Assembly (NCBI RefSeq): GCF_009914755.1
Contig: NC_060941.1
Origin: the human T2T-CHM13v2.0 reference genome, Homo sapiens
Direction: 5' to 3' (one strand)
DNA: 64,000 nucleotides
Below are positions 1 to 14,788 of this stretch, piece after piece. The translations under genes and the position numbers were made by a program. Below the pieces are notes generated by a model, which worked only from the letters and a program-made list of their open reading frames with translations, ran no database searches and was not told the origin of the DNA. Each line of letters starts with the position of its first letter. Within the stretch, counting starts at the first letter, position 1.

Positions 1-645
1 GTGTGTTTTTATTTACCCTAACCTGTCAATTTCATAGTTTCCACTTTCTTGTTGAAGTTTCCAAACTTGACCTCATGCCTTTGAATATACTAATTCTAGT
101 TGCTTTGACACATTTTTTTCTTTTTCCTTGGCATCTGTTTATTCCTTCTCACAGTGTCTTTTTTCTTCATTGACCCTCACATCTTTGAGCAAATGTACAA
201 AATATAGTGGGTGAACAACTGGTTTTGTCTGTCTTTAGAGGCCCAACTAATGTTTTCTTTCTCAAATGATTGCTATTTGCTCATGCCAGAAGTATAAGGA
301 CAGTCAAATTCTGAATTACTTTCATAAAAATTTGGAGTTGGAACCTTTTTGGGCACTCAGTTGGAGAGCAGCCAGCCTGCTGTGGTGACTGGGTGAATTC
401 TGGTTCCTTCTCACTGCTTTAATGTACCAGCAGCTTTTGATATCCATGACCAAACTGGGAGCCTCTGCAAGACTAGCAGAGGTTTAACACAACCTGGTAG
501 ATATCCCATCTGAAGTAATAAATGGCTCCAGGGCAAAGCAGCTCTTATTTCTCTAAATGCTGTTTCTCTCCAAATCTTAGCCTGACAATTCTTAGCTGTG
601 CATTAACTCAGTTAGTGTTAAAAAATAATAATAAATTATTACCTC

Positions 646-960
646 TTATTTATTTTATTCATTTATTTATTTTATTTTTATTTTTTTGTGATGGAGTCTT
701 GCTCTGTCACCCAGGCTGGAGTGCAGTGGCACAATCTCGGCTGACTGCAACGTCCGCCTCTGAGAATCAAGGGATTCTCCTGCCTCAGCTTCCCGAGTAG
801 CCGTGACTACAGGCGCACGCCACTACTAATTTTTGTATTTTTAGTAGACACGGGGTTTCGCCACGTTAGCCAGGCTGGTCTCAACCTCCTGACCTCAAGT
901 GATCCACCCACCTCGGCCTCCCAAAGTGCTGGGATTATAGGCGTGAGCCACTGTGCCAGG
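646..960 (-). mobile_element. Alu (AluS-type), antisense
   Basis: T-rich tail then gatggagtcttgctctgtcacccaggctggagtgcagtgg...cccaaagtgctgggattataggcgtgagccac. Confidence 0.95.
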
Positions 961-1417
961 ACCTGATTTGTTTTAAAATGTTATTTTACATACAAAACCT
1001 AATTTAAATTATTCTCGGATATCTAATCTGTCTTTATCAGAAGCAAAAGTCTGACATTTATTCATCATAAAAAATGGTATTTGAAATTTTCTCTCACTTG
1101 TGTTGTTTTGTTGTTGACCTCACAAAATTATCTTATAAAAATGTTCTTGATTATGTCTGATAATATTGTTTTGACAAATAATTTTTTCTTTGCGCCATTC
1201 TTGAAACTTTTATATTGTAACGTTAGATGAAAAGAATTAAGAACTATCTTAAACTGGTGTTAGAAAGCAGTGCTTACTAAGGACCTATGTGTTAAAAGAG
1301 AAATGGCACTATTTGTCAAAATGTCTACACAACCACCTAATTTGAATGTATGCTACACTGCAAATAAAATGTTTATATTTATAAATGTCTTATTTTTTGT
1401 CACAGCGTAGACTGAAT

Positions 1418-1475
1418 TGGAGAAGGAACAAAGAAATCTGTAACCGGTGTGATCAATCAGTTGTAAACACCAGCC
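1418..1475 (-). pseudogene. Y3 RNA (RNY3-derived) pseudogene fragment
   Basis: tggagaaggaacaaagaaatctgtaaccggtgtgatcaatcagttgtaaacaccagcc is the reverse complement of the hY3 body, with a short internal deletion near the Y3 5' end. Confidence 0.85.
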
Positions 1476-2499
1476 TCCAAATTACCTGTTATTAATTGTT
1501 GGTACTGAGCGTTCACAGTGAAATAGAACCATCAGAAAACATGGGCAAATAAAATTATTAAAAATTCATCTCTATGATGTGCCATGTTCTGAATAGGCAG
1601 TTTCTGAGTGTCTGGGCCATCTGTACAAGAAAGAGAGTTGTTATTTGGTCAAGGACACGTGCATTTTTCAGTCTAGAAGAATGTCATCATTTTCTTGAGG
1701 TAATTGCAATGTTCCTACTCTGTATCAAACAGCAAATACCTCTGATTCCTAAGGCAACAGCATAGTTATTATTTGATTTTTTCCAAGTGAATAAAATGAA
1801 AAATGAAATGTTGTGTCACAATCCCAAAACACTGCTGGCATATGGAATAGTTGAGATGATAGAACATGATTTGACAACTCCAAACTGAAAATATCTATCC
1901 AAGCAGTTGCACTCCTGAAAAACTATTATATTGTCTGGCAAAAGACTCTCTCATGATAGGAAGGTTTTCTAGATATTTCTAGAAATAGAGACAGGGATAA
2001 AACTTTATGTGGCCCCAAGAAAAGGAATCAGAATTGAGTATTGTCAATGATTGCTTATGGGCTTGAGAATTAAGAAAAAAAGGACCCCTCCCCACAGGTA
2101 CCAACAGTTACATAACCACGGGTGCCATGGAACTAATTTGACATACTGAAACAATTTTCTATAATCATTCAGATTTCTGACAAATCAAAATATAACTATC
2201 AAATTCATACTTATGTTAGTTACAAGTCAAATCTTATTTTTAAAAAATCCAAATTCTTTGAAGATTTATCTTAACAATGACAAAGCAATTGACTGGGAAG
2301 TAGTTTTGTTAACCATTCAATTGACTATTTGACCTAAGAATGTTGTATGTATATATATTTAATTTCTATTAAACAAATGAACATATTTGTTTATACCATA
2401 TAGTTATAGTTTGACTTTTTTTAAGAATTTAACCAAAACCATCAATCCTGAAGTATCAAACTCCAGTGACTTCAGCAATTCTACTTTAGAATTCAGTTA

Positions 2500-2823
<324 letters not shown>

Positions 2824-4486
2824 TTAATAATTTCATGGTAACCCTCTTCACTTTTTTCAAAATCAGAACAACAACATTTTACCTTTGCTGATTATTAAGG
2901 AATGTTCTCAGTATCATCTAATATTTATGTTCTTGCAAATGCAAGCACTGAACACTGGTATTTTAAATAACATCTTGTTTTTAAAAATCATGTATCTTTC
3001 ATGCATCTGTAACCATCTGATCAATGATCAGAAAACGGAAAAGTCAGTAAGTATCACTAGGATTCTCTCAGAGAGTCACATTTAATTGGCTGGGCCCGTT
3101 TGAATTTCCATCTAGAATCTTCTGAGATTAATGTAGAAGTAATCACGGTGCATAAAAGCAGCTTAAAATACTGGACATAGCTTCAGTATCAGAACACTTT
3201 CAACTATAGTGTGACATGCACAATTGCTTTATTTTTCTTGAATATTTTCTTTTCCACTTGGTTAAGAATTTAGCAGATTGTGCTTTTCTGGAGAAAAAAA
3301 AACAATGTTGGAAACCAAGTTTTATTTAACAAAATTAAGTGATTTAAGCACAGAGAGATTTTGAACTTAATTCTACAGTATGTGTTTCACAACAAATTTC
3401 CTTGTATTAACGGTACGCCATTTCATACACAGAGCAAGTTCGAGCACCGCAGAACACAGCTAATTTTGCTAATGTATCACAATTACAGAAATAGCTGTGC
3501 TAAATGAACTTGTCCTATTTTCATGAAAATGAACAGTGTTCAATAACCCTCAAAATATTTTATTTCATGCTGATTCAGATTTTCTCTAACCATTTTTTTC
3601 TGTGACTTTGCTTCCACAATAACATAGAATGTTTTTAAAAAGGCAAATGTAGTTTGTTTTCATATATATTTTCCAGATATTCTTTCTTAAGAAAGCATGG
3701 TAACTTGCAGTTATTACCATGCATATCTTTTTTTTGGCAAAATGATATAATTTGTTTTAAAAAGCCAATCCAAACCTGTCCTATGTGTATATAGAGTGGC
3801 CATGCCGTTAAATTTGCACATAGACTGTCAGTGACTGAGGATGACCCAAATTGCAACTTCCTGTTTTAATGTTGCAAAGGCTGCCTATGCCTGATGGTGT
3901 GTCAAATACCCAAAGCTTGCATGGAGGGACCTAACAATGGACCTTTTCACAACTGTGTTTCCAGAATCTTTATTGACTTTACTTCATAGTACAATAAGAT
4001 GAAAACAAAACGCAAACCGCCTGATTTCCAAGAGCTTATTTAAAACCAAAACCACCATGTGAGACTTAGTTAGCATAGTACACATTAGATATGGATGACA
4101 TTTCTGCAGTAAGTCATTGTTTTAAGTCTAGTAAATATCCAGATGATAACATCTATTTAAGAACAGCACTGATAATTATATACGAGGAGGTCATGTTAAG
4201 TATTCCACAACAAATTAAAGAGATGATGTCCATGAAGTTATCTATGCTACTCTATATAACAGATGGAAAAAGCTTGGGTAATATTCAGTGCGGATACTGA
4301 CTTGTGTTCCTGACTCATAGGCGGTGCTCAGACACATTTAACCCACTGTCTGACAGAATAAATGAACGTGTCCTGTAAGTGAACCCGTTCTGGGCATGAG
4401 GTTAATTATTTTCTATATGAGTACATTAAATCATTTTCTTTTCCAAGGGTAAATGAAGCCTTCAATTTGATTGAATAAAATACAAG

Positions 4487-4642
4487 ATGTGCACCACCAT
4501 GCCCGGCTAATTTGTTTATTTTTGTACAGGCAGGGTTTCACCATGTTGCCCGGGCTGGTATGGGACTCCTGAGTTCAAGCCACCCACCTGCCTTGGGCTC
4601 CCAAAGTGCTAGGATTCCAGGTGCGACCCACTGCACCTGTCC
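4487..4642 (-). mobile_element. Partial Alu (left arm)
   Basis: caccaccatgcccggctaatt...cccaaagtgctaggattccaggtgcgacccac. Confidence 0.85.
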
Positions 4643-5595
4643 TGAAAGACAGATTTTGCTTAATTTCTACACTTGATGTTCTGGTACAGACATTTGCTTG
4701 GAAATACAGTATAGTTAGCGGAAGCCTTTTCATGGGGAAATAAGATATCAGTAAGTATTCCAGGATTTTAAACTAGAATACAAAAGAAGAAAATATTTAA
4801 AATAAACTATAGGGTAATATAAAATGTATTTACATCCTTACATTTAACTGCTTATTTTACAAGCAATAAGTTATCATTCACCAATTAATTTATGTCAAGT
4901 TCACTTGTATTAATACACATAAACTTCTATGAAGTTCCATAATGCCAAATAAAAAAGCAACATTTAGGTTTAACATGTATTTTATATAGGCATAACGCAA
5001 CACCAGCATTACAGGATTGCATTTACAAATTCTCTTGACTCTAAGCATGAAGTTATGTTAAAAGACTAAGGCAATTTAACTGTTTTTGGGTTTTTTTATA
5101 TTAAGGAAACCTAAATTTGTATGAGTGAATTAAATTGAATTACATTTTCTTATAGGCATATCAGTTTACCCTTTGTTAAAATAACACGCACTGCCCTACA
5201 AAATGAATGCCGTAGTCACAATCATGTTTCTGCCACAATCTTAAAGATTTGGGGAAACAACTACAATCTAAAATCAGAGACTCCATGTCCAATGCCAAAG
5301 GTACACACCTCTATTTTTCCCCAGTAAGCCTCTTGGAAAAGTCTTTGAATTACACGTTAAAGTGCACTTCAAGGAAATGTGATGTTTTCGTTTATAGCTG
5401 GTGAACAGCATGCAATTTGACAGCACTGTCACTAACAATCAGAGACTGCTCTGGATCTAAGTACTAAAAATGACCCACACTGCAATCACAAGATATTTGG
5501 AAGTGGGGATTTATTGAACAAAGTTAGGCCGGGAGTCTAAAGCAGCACTTGCTTCTTTTGCTCCAAGACGACGACGTTTAACATTAGCATCACTA

Positions 5596-6955
5596 TTGTT
5601 TCTTTTTCCCTCAACTCTTCTCCCACACTGCCTTCTTCTCCCCCGCCACCTTCTCCCATCGTCTTTCCCCGCTTCCCTTCTCCCTCCCTCCGCTCCCCCT
5701 TCTTCTCCCAGCACTCTTCTCAGCCCGTCTTTCTGCCTTTCTCTTCCCCTCCCCACCTCGTTCCCTGCCTCATCCTCTTCTCTCCCACCAATCTTTTTCC
5801 CCTCTCCATCTCTTTCCCCAAGGTCGTCTTCGCCGCTTTCCACTCCCTTCTTCTTCCCCCCAACCCTCTTCCCTCCTCCCTCCCCATCCTTTTCTTCCCT
5901 TCACCCCTTTTCCAGTCTTCTTCCCCACCTTCTGCTCTTTCCCTCCCCTCTCCTTCCCTCCCCTCTCCTTCCCGACCCTTCTCCTTTCCCAACGTCTTCC
6001 CACCTTTTTCTCCCCTCTCCGTCTTCTCCCCTCCTTCTTCCCCACTGCGGTCTTCCCGCATCCTCTTCTGCCGTCTCCCTACTGTCTTCTTCCCGCACCT
6101 TCTTCTCCCCCGCAGTTTTTTTTTCCCCTTCCCCACCGTTTTCTTCCCCTCAGTCTCTCCCATTCCTCGCAGCACGGGTTCCTGTGGCGGCAGCTTTTCC
6201 TTCCATCTCCTTCTCTCCACCCGCTGGCTTCCAGTCTCCACCTTCCCGCCTATTCCCCCAGCAGCGTCTTCCCGCCGCTCCCTCTTCTCCCCTCCCCCTC
6301 CTCACCGTCTTCTCCCGGCCTATTACCGCCAACCGTTTTCTTCCTCATCCCGCACCCTTTTCTTCCCATGTCTGCCTTAGTCTTCTTCCCACCCTCTTCT
6401 CCTCTCCCCATCGCCTTCTTCCCACCCTCTTCTCCTCTCCCCATCGCCTTCTTCCCACCCTCTTCTCCTCTCCCAATCGTCTTCTTTCCCAGCCTCTTCT
6501 CCATTTTCTTGCCGCCTCCATATCCCCACCTTCTTCTCGCAGCAGCGTCTTCCTGCCGCGCTTTTCTCTCCCCTCACCATCTTCTCTTCCTCTTCCCCAC
6601 CGTCCTCTCCCCACGCCCTCTTCTCCTCACTGTCTTCTCCCCGCGCCTTCCCCACAACCGTTTTCTCCCCCGTTTTCTTCCCCTCACACCGTTTTCTTCC
6701 CATGTCCTCCCACCGTCTCGCAGCAGCGTCTGTCAGTCGCAATCTTCTTCCCACTTTCTTCTCTCCCCCTCCCATCGTCTTTTTTCCCCAGCCTCTTATT
6801 CTCCGCCATCTTCTTCCCCTCCCCACCTTCTCGCAGCAGCGACTTCCTGCCGCGTTTTTCTCTCCCCGCACCCTCTTCTCCCCTCTTCCACTCCCCACCG
6901 TCTTCGCCCCCGATCGTCTTCTTGCCCACCCCCTTCTCGCGCTCTCCAACTGCCT
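5596..6955. repeat. CT-rich low-complexity / degenerate minisatellite block
   Basis: Almost purely pyrimidine on +; 33-bp unit cttcttcccaccctcttctcctctccccatcgc about x3 at ~6382-6485; recurrent gcagcagcgtct-like units at ~6168, 6258, 6539, 6720, 6833. Confidence 0.9.
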
Positions 6956-7165
6956 TTCACCTAGAAGCGCTCCACGCGTGCGCCCGCCTGTGTCCCTGCG
7001 CCTGGTGTGTCTGTGCGCCCAGCCAGCCCCATGAGCTGGGCCCCTGAGCTCCGCCCCAACAGCCAACAGGAGACCCAGGAGAGTCGCTGCCAGGGCCATC
7101 ACGGCTGCCGCCGCCCCCGCCCCCGCCGCTACCTCAGAACTGAACAGTGTTGGCTGCGGGCGAAA
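6955..7165. promoter_or_regulatory. CpG-rich core, candidate (bidirectional) promoter or first exon
   Basis: Dense CpG, GC boxes (ccgccc; cccccgcccccgcc at ~7114-7127); purine/pyrimidine strand skew flips across it. Confidence 0.45.
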
Positions 7166-7366
7166 GACAGTGGGGCCCGGAAGACTGCGGGGAGAGGGGG
7201 AGGAGGGGACGGAGAGGGTGGGAAAGACCTTGGAAAGTGGGATGGGGAGAAAGGTGGGGAAGAAGACAGTGGGGAGAAAGTGCAGGGAGAAGACAGTGTG
7301 GTAGAGAAGACAGTGGAGGAAAACGGTGAGGAGAAAGGAGGGTGGAAAAGAAGACGATGAGGACAA

Positions 7367-7661
7367 GGCCGGGCGCGGTGGCTCACGCCTGTAATCCCAG
7401 CACTTTGGGAGGCTGATGCGGGCGGATCACAAGGTCAGGAGTTCGAGACCTGCCTGACCAACATGCTGAAACCCAGTCTCTACTAAAAATACAAAAATTA
7501 GCTGGGCGTGATGGCGAGCGCCTGTAATCCAGCTACTCCAGCGCCTGAGGCAGGAGAATCGCTTGAACCCCGGAGGCGGAGGTTGCAGTGAGCTGAGAAC
7601 TCACCATTGCACTCCAGCCTGGATGACAGAGTGAGACTCCATCTCAAAAAAGAAGAACAAA
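7367..7661 (+). mobile_element. Alu (AluSg-like) inserted in GA-rich low-complexity sequence
   Basis: ggccgggcgcggtggctcacgcctgtaatcccagc...gactccatctcaaaaa; GA-rich sequence on both sides. Confidence 0.95.
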
Positions 7662-8030
7662 CTACAGCGGGGAGAGGGCGAGGGGAAGAAGATAGTGGGG
7701 GAAAAAGAGCACCGAGAAAGGGAGAAGAGATGGGGAGAGCTCTATTGTGTCACTGAACATTCCTCAGTTAAAGTTAAAATGTTCTCATAAGTTTGTGTGT
7801 TTTCAACTTTTGCTCTTCCAGTTGGTATATTCTTTTCTTCCTCCATCTCCTTTTTATACCTCCAACCACCTTTCTCTTTTTATTTTCCAATGTTTTTCTT
7901 TCTTCTAAGAACATTGTTAACGCTGGTAACACTTTACAATGTTGCAAAGCTCTGAACCTATTTCCTGTCATCTCTTCATGCTTTCCCATTGAGATATCAG
8001 GAGATTTTCCTTTTACTTTGTTTACACTAG

Positions 8031-8420
<390 letters not shown>

Positions 8421-8821
8421 TTACCAATTGTTTCTGTCTCAGGAATTGGTTTCTTGTTGCACTGTGATACACATGAAGCCATATACCTTTTTCAGCTCAT
8501 TATCCCCAGAATGTATTTGTACATTATTAACACAGAATAGACACCTAATAAATATTTCTAAATTTTTATTGTTCTTCCTTGCCACAAAAAGCAATCACTT
8601 TTTTTTAGCATGATGTACATGCCCTTCTATCATGTTGCCCTGAACTATTTATCAAATCTTATTTCTTCCCACTCCCCCATTTGTTTCCCATGCTGTGGCT
8701 GTACAAAACTACTTAGAGCTCTGTCAACTCTCCATGCTATTTTATAATAATCAACACTAATGAAAAGAAAGGGGGCTTTATAACAGAGGCAGAACTCATT
8801 ATGTTCTAAAAAATACACGCA

Positions 8822-9265
8822 TGTTTCCCATGTTGAATAGTGTCCCGCAGAAAGTCATGTCCAGCTGGAACCCAGGAATGTTAAACTATTTGGAAACAGG
8901 GTCTCTGCAGATAACACTTGGTTAAGACAAGGTCACAATGCATTAGGGTGGGCTGTAAAGCCAATGGCTGTGTCCTTTCAGGAAGGTCATGGGAACATAC
9001 AGAGACCTACAGGGAAGACGGCCATGGGACAAGGGAGGCAGAGTCTGGAGTTACGCTGCCTACAGTCACGGAATGCCAAGGACAGCTGGAAACCACCAGA
9101 AGCTAAGAAGGAGATTTTACCTGAAAGCCTCTCAAAGAAATCAATCATACTCACACCTCCTTTTTGAATTTCTGGCCTCGTGAATGGTGAAAAAATAAAT
9201 TTCTGTCGTCTTAAGCCCCACGGTTTGTAGTCATTTGTTCTGTTCCTAGCCTTAGGAAACTAACA
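8822..9265 (+). mobile_element. MaLR LTR (MLT1-type)
   Basis: ttgaatagtgtccc...tatttggaaacagggtctctgcagat...ccaccagaagct...aataaatttctgtcgtcttaagcc...ggaaactaacaca. Confidence 0.75.
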
Positions 9266-10126
9266 CAGCATGCTAAGGGAAAAGAAGAAAATTCTGCATA
9301 AAATGTCATTTTACTTTTTAAAACAACTACTGTTGACAGTAAATGAGTATTCTTCCAAGATTCATATGCAGAACATATATGCAGCCCGGAACATTTTTTG
9401 GGACCCATGGCATAAGTGATTATGATCGATAAAATCCAAATATTAACCTGCCAAAAGAGTTATTTTATCTTTTGCAGTCATTTAAAGGTAATAAGCAGAG
9501 GTCATGAGCCCTATAAAAATTAATCTATTCATTTGTTGTCACTTGATACTTACGATCCGTTGACATATTTAGGTTTTAATTCTTTGTACAGATTATGGTT
9601 CGTCTTGCACTGTAATTTTATTGCACAACAAATTTTTTATTTATATATCTAAGTTGTTTCTTAAATGTGAATAACATTGCACTTGAAAATAGAAGACTTC
9701 TGTCGACGTTCTCGTAACAGCTTCTTCTAGTTAATAAAAACCTAATCCCATTTTCCTTTTATGTATAGATTACAAGTAAAATCGGCATTTAAAAAGTAAA
9801 ATCTGTTCAACAATTTCTATTGCTATTGTAGGTAGTATAACATAAAATGTGTCTTATTTTTCCCTCACTCATTGACAATTTAAGTAAATTTTTTAAACCA
9901 AGAAGCTCTTTTCACATACCAGGCCCAGTGATTGGAATTGAGTATTCAGTATTGAACAGAGCAAACAAGTTTCTTATCATTAAGCTCATATTCTATGTTA
10001 TAAACATTTTTCCAGTGAAATTACTGGAATGTTTTCAAGCAATATTGAATTGTGTTCTTATAATCACCTATCTCCATTTATTGTTGAGAATGAAGAAAAT
10101 TTTGGAGCATACAATTCAATGCAATG

Positions 10127-10430
10127 ATTTTTTTTTTTTTTTTTTTTTTTGAGACAGAGTTTCGTTCTTGCTGCCCAGGCTGGAGTGTAGTGTCACGATC
10201 TTGGCTCATTGCAATCTCCACTTCCTGGGTTCAAACAATTCTCCTGCCTGAGCCTCCTGAGTAGCTGAGATTATAGACTTGTGCCACCATACCCAGCTAA
10301 TTTTTTGTTTAGTAGAGACGGATTTTCACCAGGCTATCCAGGCTCGTCTCGAAATCCTGACCTCAGATGATCCACCCGCCTCAGCCTCCCAAAGTGCCAG
10401 CATTACAGGCATGAGCCACTGTGCCCGGCC
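10127..10430 (-). mobile_element. Alu (AluSp/Sq-like)
   Basis: Poly(T) plus Alu body; TSD ca(a/g)tgcaatgattt on both sides. Confidence 0.95.
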
Positions 10431-10639
10431 CAGTGCAATGATTTGATAGTTATTATGGTGGTTTTAAAATGACCTGAGTGAAATATAGTGCTTACATCAA
10501 TTCCTTATCTGTCATGCATTTCATCTAGTAATCTGCTCTAACTACATTATTTCTTTTTATTAAATGTCTTGAGATTTAAAAAGATGTTTTGTAGTTATAC
10601 TCAAGCTTGGAACCATAGTGACCAACTGTTACGGACAGA

Positions 10640-11045
10640 CTGGATTGTATCCCCTTCCAATTAAGTTACGGTGCTGCTACAGAAAGAAAAGAGGTGAACT
10701 ATTTTTTAAAAGCATTTCTCCATTGGCTTTGAAAATGCCTATATCATCATGAATAGAATGTTGGTAAAATTCTGAAAGCTGAAGGCCATTCTGGTGAGAT
10801 CTCATATGGAAATGAGATGCAGCTTATTAGAAACAGGAGGAAAAGTGATCCTTGTTTTAAAGTGGCAAAGAACTTGGATGTATCATGTTCTAATATTTTG
10901 TGAAAGGTAGAACTTGCAAGTGATGAAATTGTATATTTTGCTGAGGAGATTTCTAAGCAAAGTGATGAATGAATGGTGTGGTTTCTCTTTACCACTTATA
11001 GTAAAGTGCAAGAGAAAAGAGATAAAATAATACTTAAAAAGGAAT
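10640..11045 (+). mobile_element. MaLR internal sequence fragment (MST/MLT1-int type)
   Basis: ggccattctggtgagatctcatatggaaatgag...aaagtggcaaagaacttgg...ctgaggagatttctaagcaaagtg. Confidence 0.65.
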
Positions 11046-11048
11046 CAC

Positions 11049-11338
<290 letters not shown>

Positions 11339-11346
11339 GGAAATCA

Positions 11347-11829
<483 letters not shown>

Positions 11830-12401
11830 TTAACTAGTTTTGGATCTCTTCCACTAAAGGGATTGCCTGTTGCACGTTGTTAGGAATGTAAATACTGAAG
11901 GCAAACTGCCTGGGTTTGAATTTTGTTCTGTCCCTTGCACCCTGCCTGGGTTAAAATACTAGCTCTGCTTATTAAGTTCTTTTATGGTGATGACCTTTGA
12001 GCAAATGTCTTAGCTTCTGCTTTCCCAAGTAAATGGACACAATAGTTGCTACCTTGTGAAAGATTCATGTAATTGACCAGTGTTTACCAAGCAGCATCAG
12101 TGTTCAGTTTCAGTCATTGGTGATTCCGCAGTTGGACTGTGAGGGGGTGCTGGGGTGGGGGTGGTGTGTGTGTGTAGCACTTAATTGCATGCGGAAAGGA
12201 AAAGATACTTTTTATAACCGAGAGGCAGCTTTTCTCTGCTTTTGTGTCAAAAGGGAAGAAGGGAGTTTGGAGAGGGAAACCAATTCTCTTTAATACTAAG
12301 CTCTCTTCTTCAAAATCAGAGGTAGATAGAATGTGTAATAATTTACAGAATTTCTAGACTTCAACAATCTGATTTTTTTAAATGTATTTTTATTTTTTCA
12401 G

Positions 12402-12508
12402 GTTGAGACTGAGCTACAGTTAATCTGTGGCGACGTGCTGGATGCACTGGACAAACACCTCATTCCAGTAGCTGACACTGGCAAGTCCAAGGTTTTCTAT
12501 TAGGAAAT
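12402..12508 (+). pseudogene. YWHAE (14-3-3 epsilon) exon 3, copy 1, unprocessed, with stop
   Basis: ttttcag|GTTGAGACT...AAT|gtagg, 107 nt; [34 protein letters not shown] vs [40 protein letters not shown]. Confidence 0.92.
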
Positions 12509-13032
12509 GTAGGTTCTATACTAGAAAGGAAAATGTAAGATTAAAAGTTGGCCTTTTTAGAATCATGACTTTCTTCTATGTAGGTTTCCAACTTTTATTT
12601 AAAAATAATTGTTTAATGTTAGAAGGATAGTCAATGTTGGGATAAAAAGATGGTCAGGCTATTATAAAAAATGCATTAGCTTTTGCTTTACCTATTTATA
12701 TTCTTTTGCTTTCATGGGACCTATCTCATTCCCCTCCCCTAAACGGCCACACATTTCACAGTGCTGGCTGAAAGTTTCATGTAGAAATTTTATTTTATGA
12801 TTAATACACTTGTGCCATTTCTTGGAACCACTTGCTTGTTTAATTCTAGTCTATCAAGTGATAATTTTCTTGATATTTAGAGGCTCCTCAGTTAATTTCT
12901 GTGGGATTTTTCGTTATATTTAATAAGGAAAATAATAGGAAATAGCTAAGAAAAAAAGAAACAAAGCCAATTATTCCTGAGCGTGTTTAAAATTATTGAA
13001 GTACACTTGTTAATTTTTAGTATAGAACCTAC

Positions 13033-13139
13033 ATTTCATAATAGAAAACCTTGGACTTGCCAGTGTTAGCTGCTGGAATAAGGTGTTTGTCCAGTACATT
13101 CAGAATGTCGCCACAGATTAACTTTAGCTCAGTCTCAAC
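13033..13139 (-). pseudogene. YWHAE exon 3, copy 2 (open frame)
   Basis: Minus strand [35 protein letters not shown] with intact AG/GT. Confidence 0.92.
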
Positions 13140-13708
13140 CTGAAAAAATAAAAATGAATTTTAAAAAATTCAGATTGTTGAAGTCTAGAAATTCTGTAAG
13201 TTATTACACATTCTATGTACCTCTGATTTTGAGGAAGAGAGCTTAGTATTGAACAGAATTAGTTTCCCTCTCCAAACTCCATTCCTCCCTTTTGACACAA
13301 AAGCAGAGAAAAGCTGCCTCTGGGTCATCAAAAGTATCTTTTCCTTTCCGCGTGCAATTAAGTGCTACACACACACACCACCCCCACCCCAACACCCCAT
13401 CACAGTCCAACTGCAGAATCACCAATGACTGAAACTGAACACTGATGCTACTTGGTAAACACTGGTCAATTACATGAATCTTTCACAAGGTAGCAACTAT
13501 TGTGTCCATTTACTTGGGAAAACAGAAGCTAAGACATTTGCTCAAAGATCATCACCTTAAAAGAACTTAATAAGCAGAGCTAGGATTTGAAGCCAGGCAG
13601 GGTGCAAGGGACAGAACAAAATTCAAACCCAGGCAGTTTGCCTTCAGTATTTACATTCCTAACAACGTTCAACAGGCAATCCCTTTAGTGGAAGAGATCC
13701 AAAACTAG

Positions 13709-14072
<364 letters not shown>

Positions 14073-14199
14073 GCTAAACTCTTTAATTTTCAATTACTCC
14101 AATTGCTTGAAACTCAAATAGCCATATGGGGCTAGTGGCCACCATTTGGACAGAGTGACTCCAACATTCCATGTGGTGTAATTTTATTTGCTAGCCTTT

Positions 14200-14380
14200 A
14201 GCATCATGTAATGTGATCTTCTTCACTTGTTTTCTGTCTCTGTGACCAGAGCATCAGCTCCTTGAGGTGGGAATTGGTTTGTCTTATCCACTGCTGTATG
14301 CTGGGGCTAGAAGTTGGCCTGGCATATAGTAGATGCTCAATATGTAATTGCCGAATGAATGCATGAGTAAATGAATGACT
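14200..14380 (+). mobile_element. L2 3' end fragment
   Basis: cctggcatatagtagatgctcaatatgtaattgccgaatgaatg...aatgaatga. Confidence 0.65.
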
Positions 14381-14553
14381 CCTGGGGACCATGAACTCTG
14401 AATTTCTCCAAAAGGAATGCTAGTTCTGCCAGGGCTTGCTGCTCTGTGACCTCAAGTCAGGATCTTGCCCTCTCTGGGCTCAGCATCCTGACCAAGGGGC
14501 ACTGGGGCCCCTCTGGTCCTAAGGCTCGAGACTTACTGCTGCTTACTCTGTCC

Positions 14554-14788
14554 TGTTGGGAGAAAAGCTGAGTGTTGGGAGAGAAGCTGAGGCAGGGCTT
14601 GCATGTCTGCTAGACTTGCTGACTCCTTGCTTCTAGCACTCCCATTATCTCAAGTAGCCACATGTTTCAAAGAAAATGCTACACCATCGCAGCTGTAGCT
14701 CACTCACTTGATACATTGATTCCTTTAAACCCCCACAGCCTCACCACCTGTTTCTTTGTTTGAGCACAAATAAATAGCCTGGGCTCCC
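14554..14788 (+). mobile_element. Truncated ERVK LTR (LTR14-family-like)
   Basis: Begins tgttgggagaaaagctgagtgttgggagagaagctgaggcagggcttgcatgtctg; ends shortly after aataaa at a junction with L1. Confidence 0.65.

Noticed and set aside
6382-6490. 33-bp repeats as a CRISPR-like array
   Set aside because: Head-to-tail with no unique spacers, eukaryotic context, no cas genes.
5596-7047. 483-aa Pro/Ser/Leu/Phe ORF and overlapping Arg/Gly/Glu ORFs
   Set aside because: By-product of CT-rich low complexity (stop codons need A); non-ATG start and no domain.
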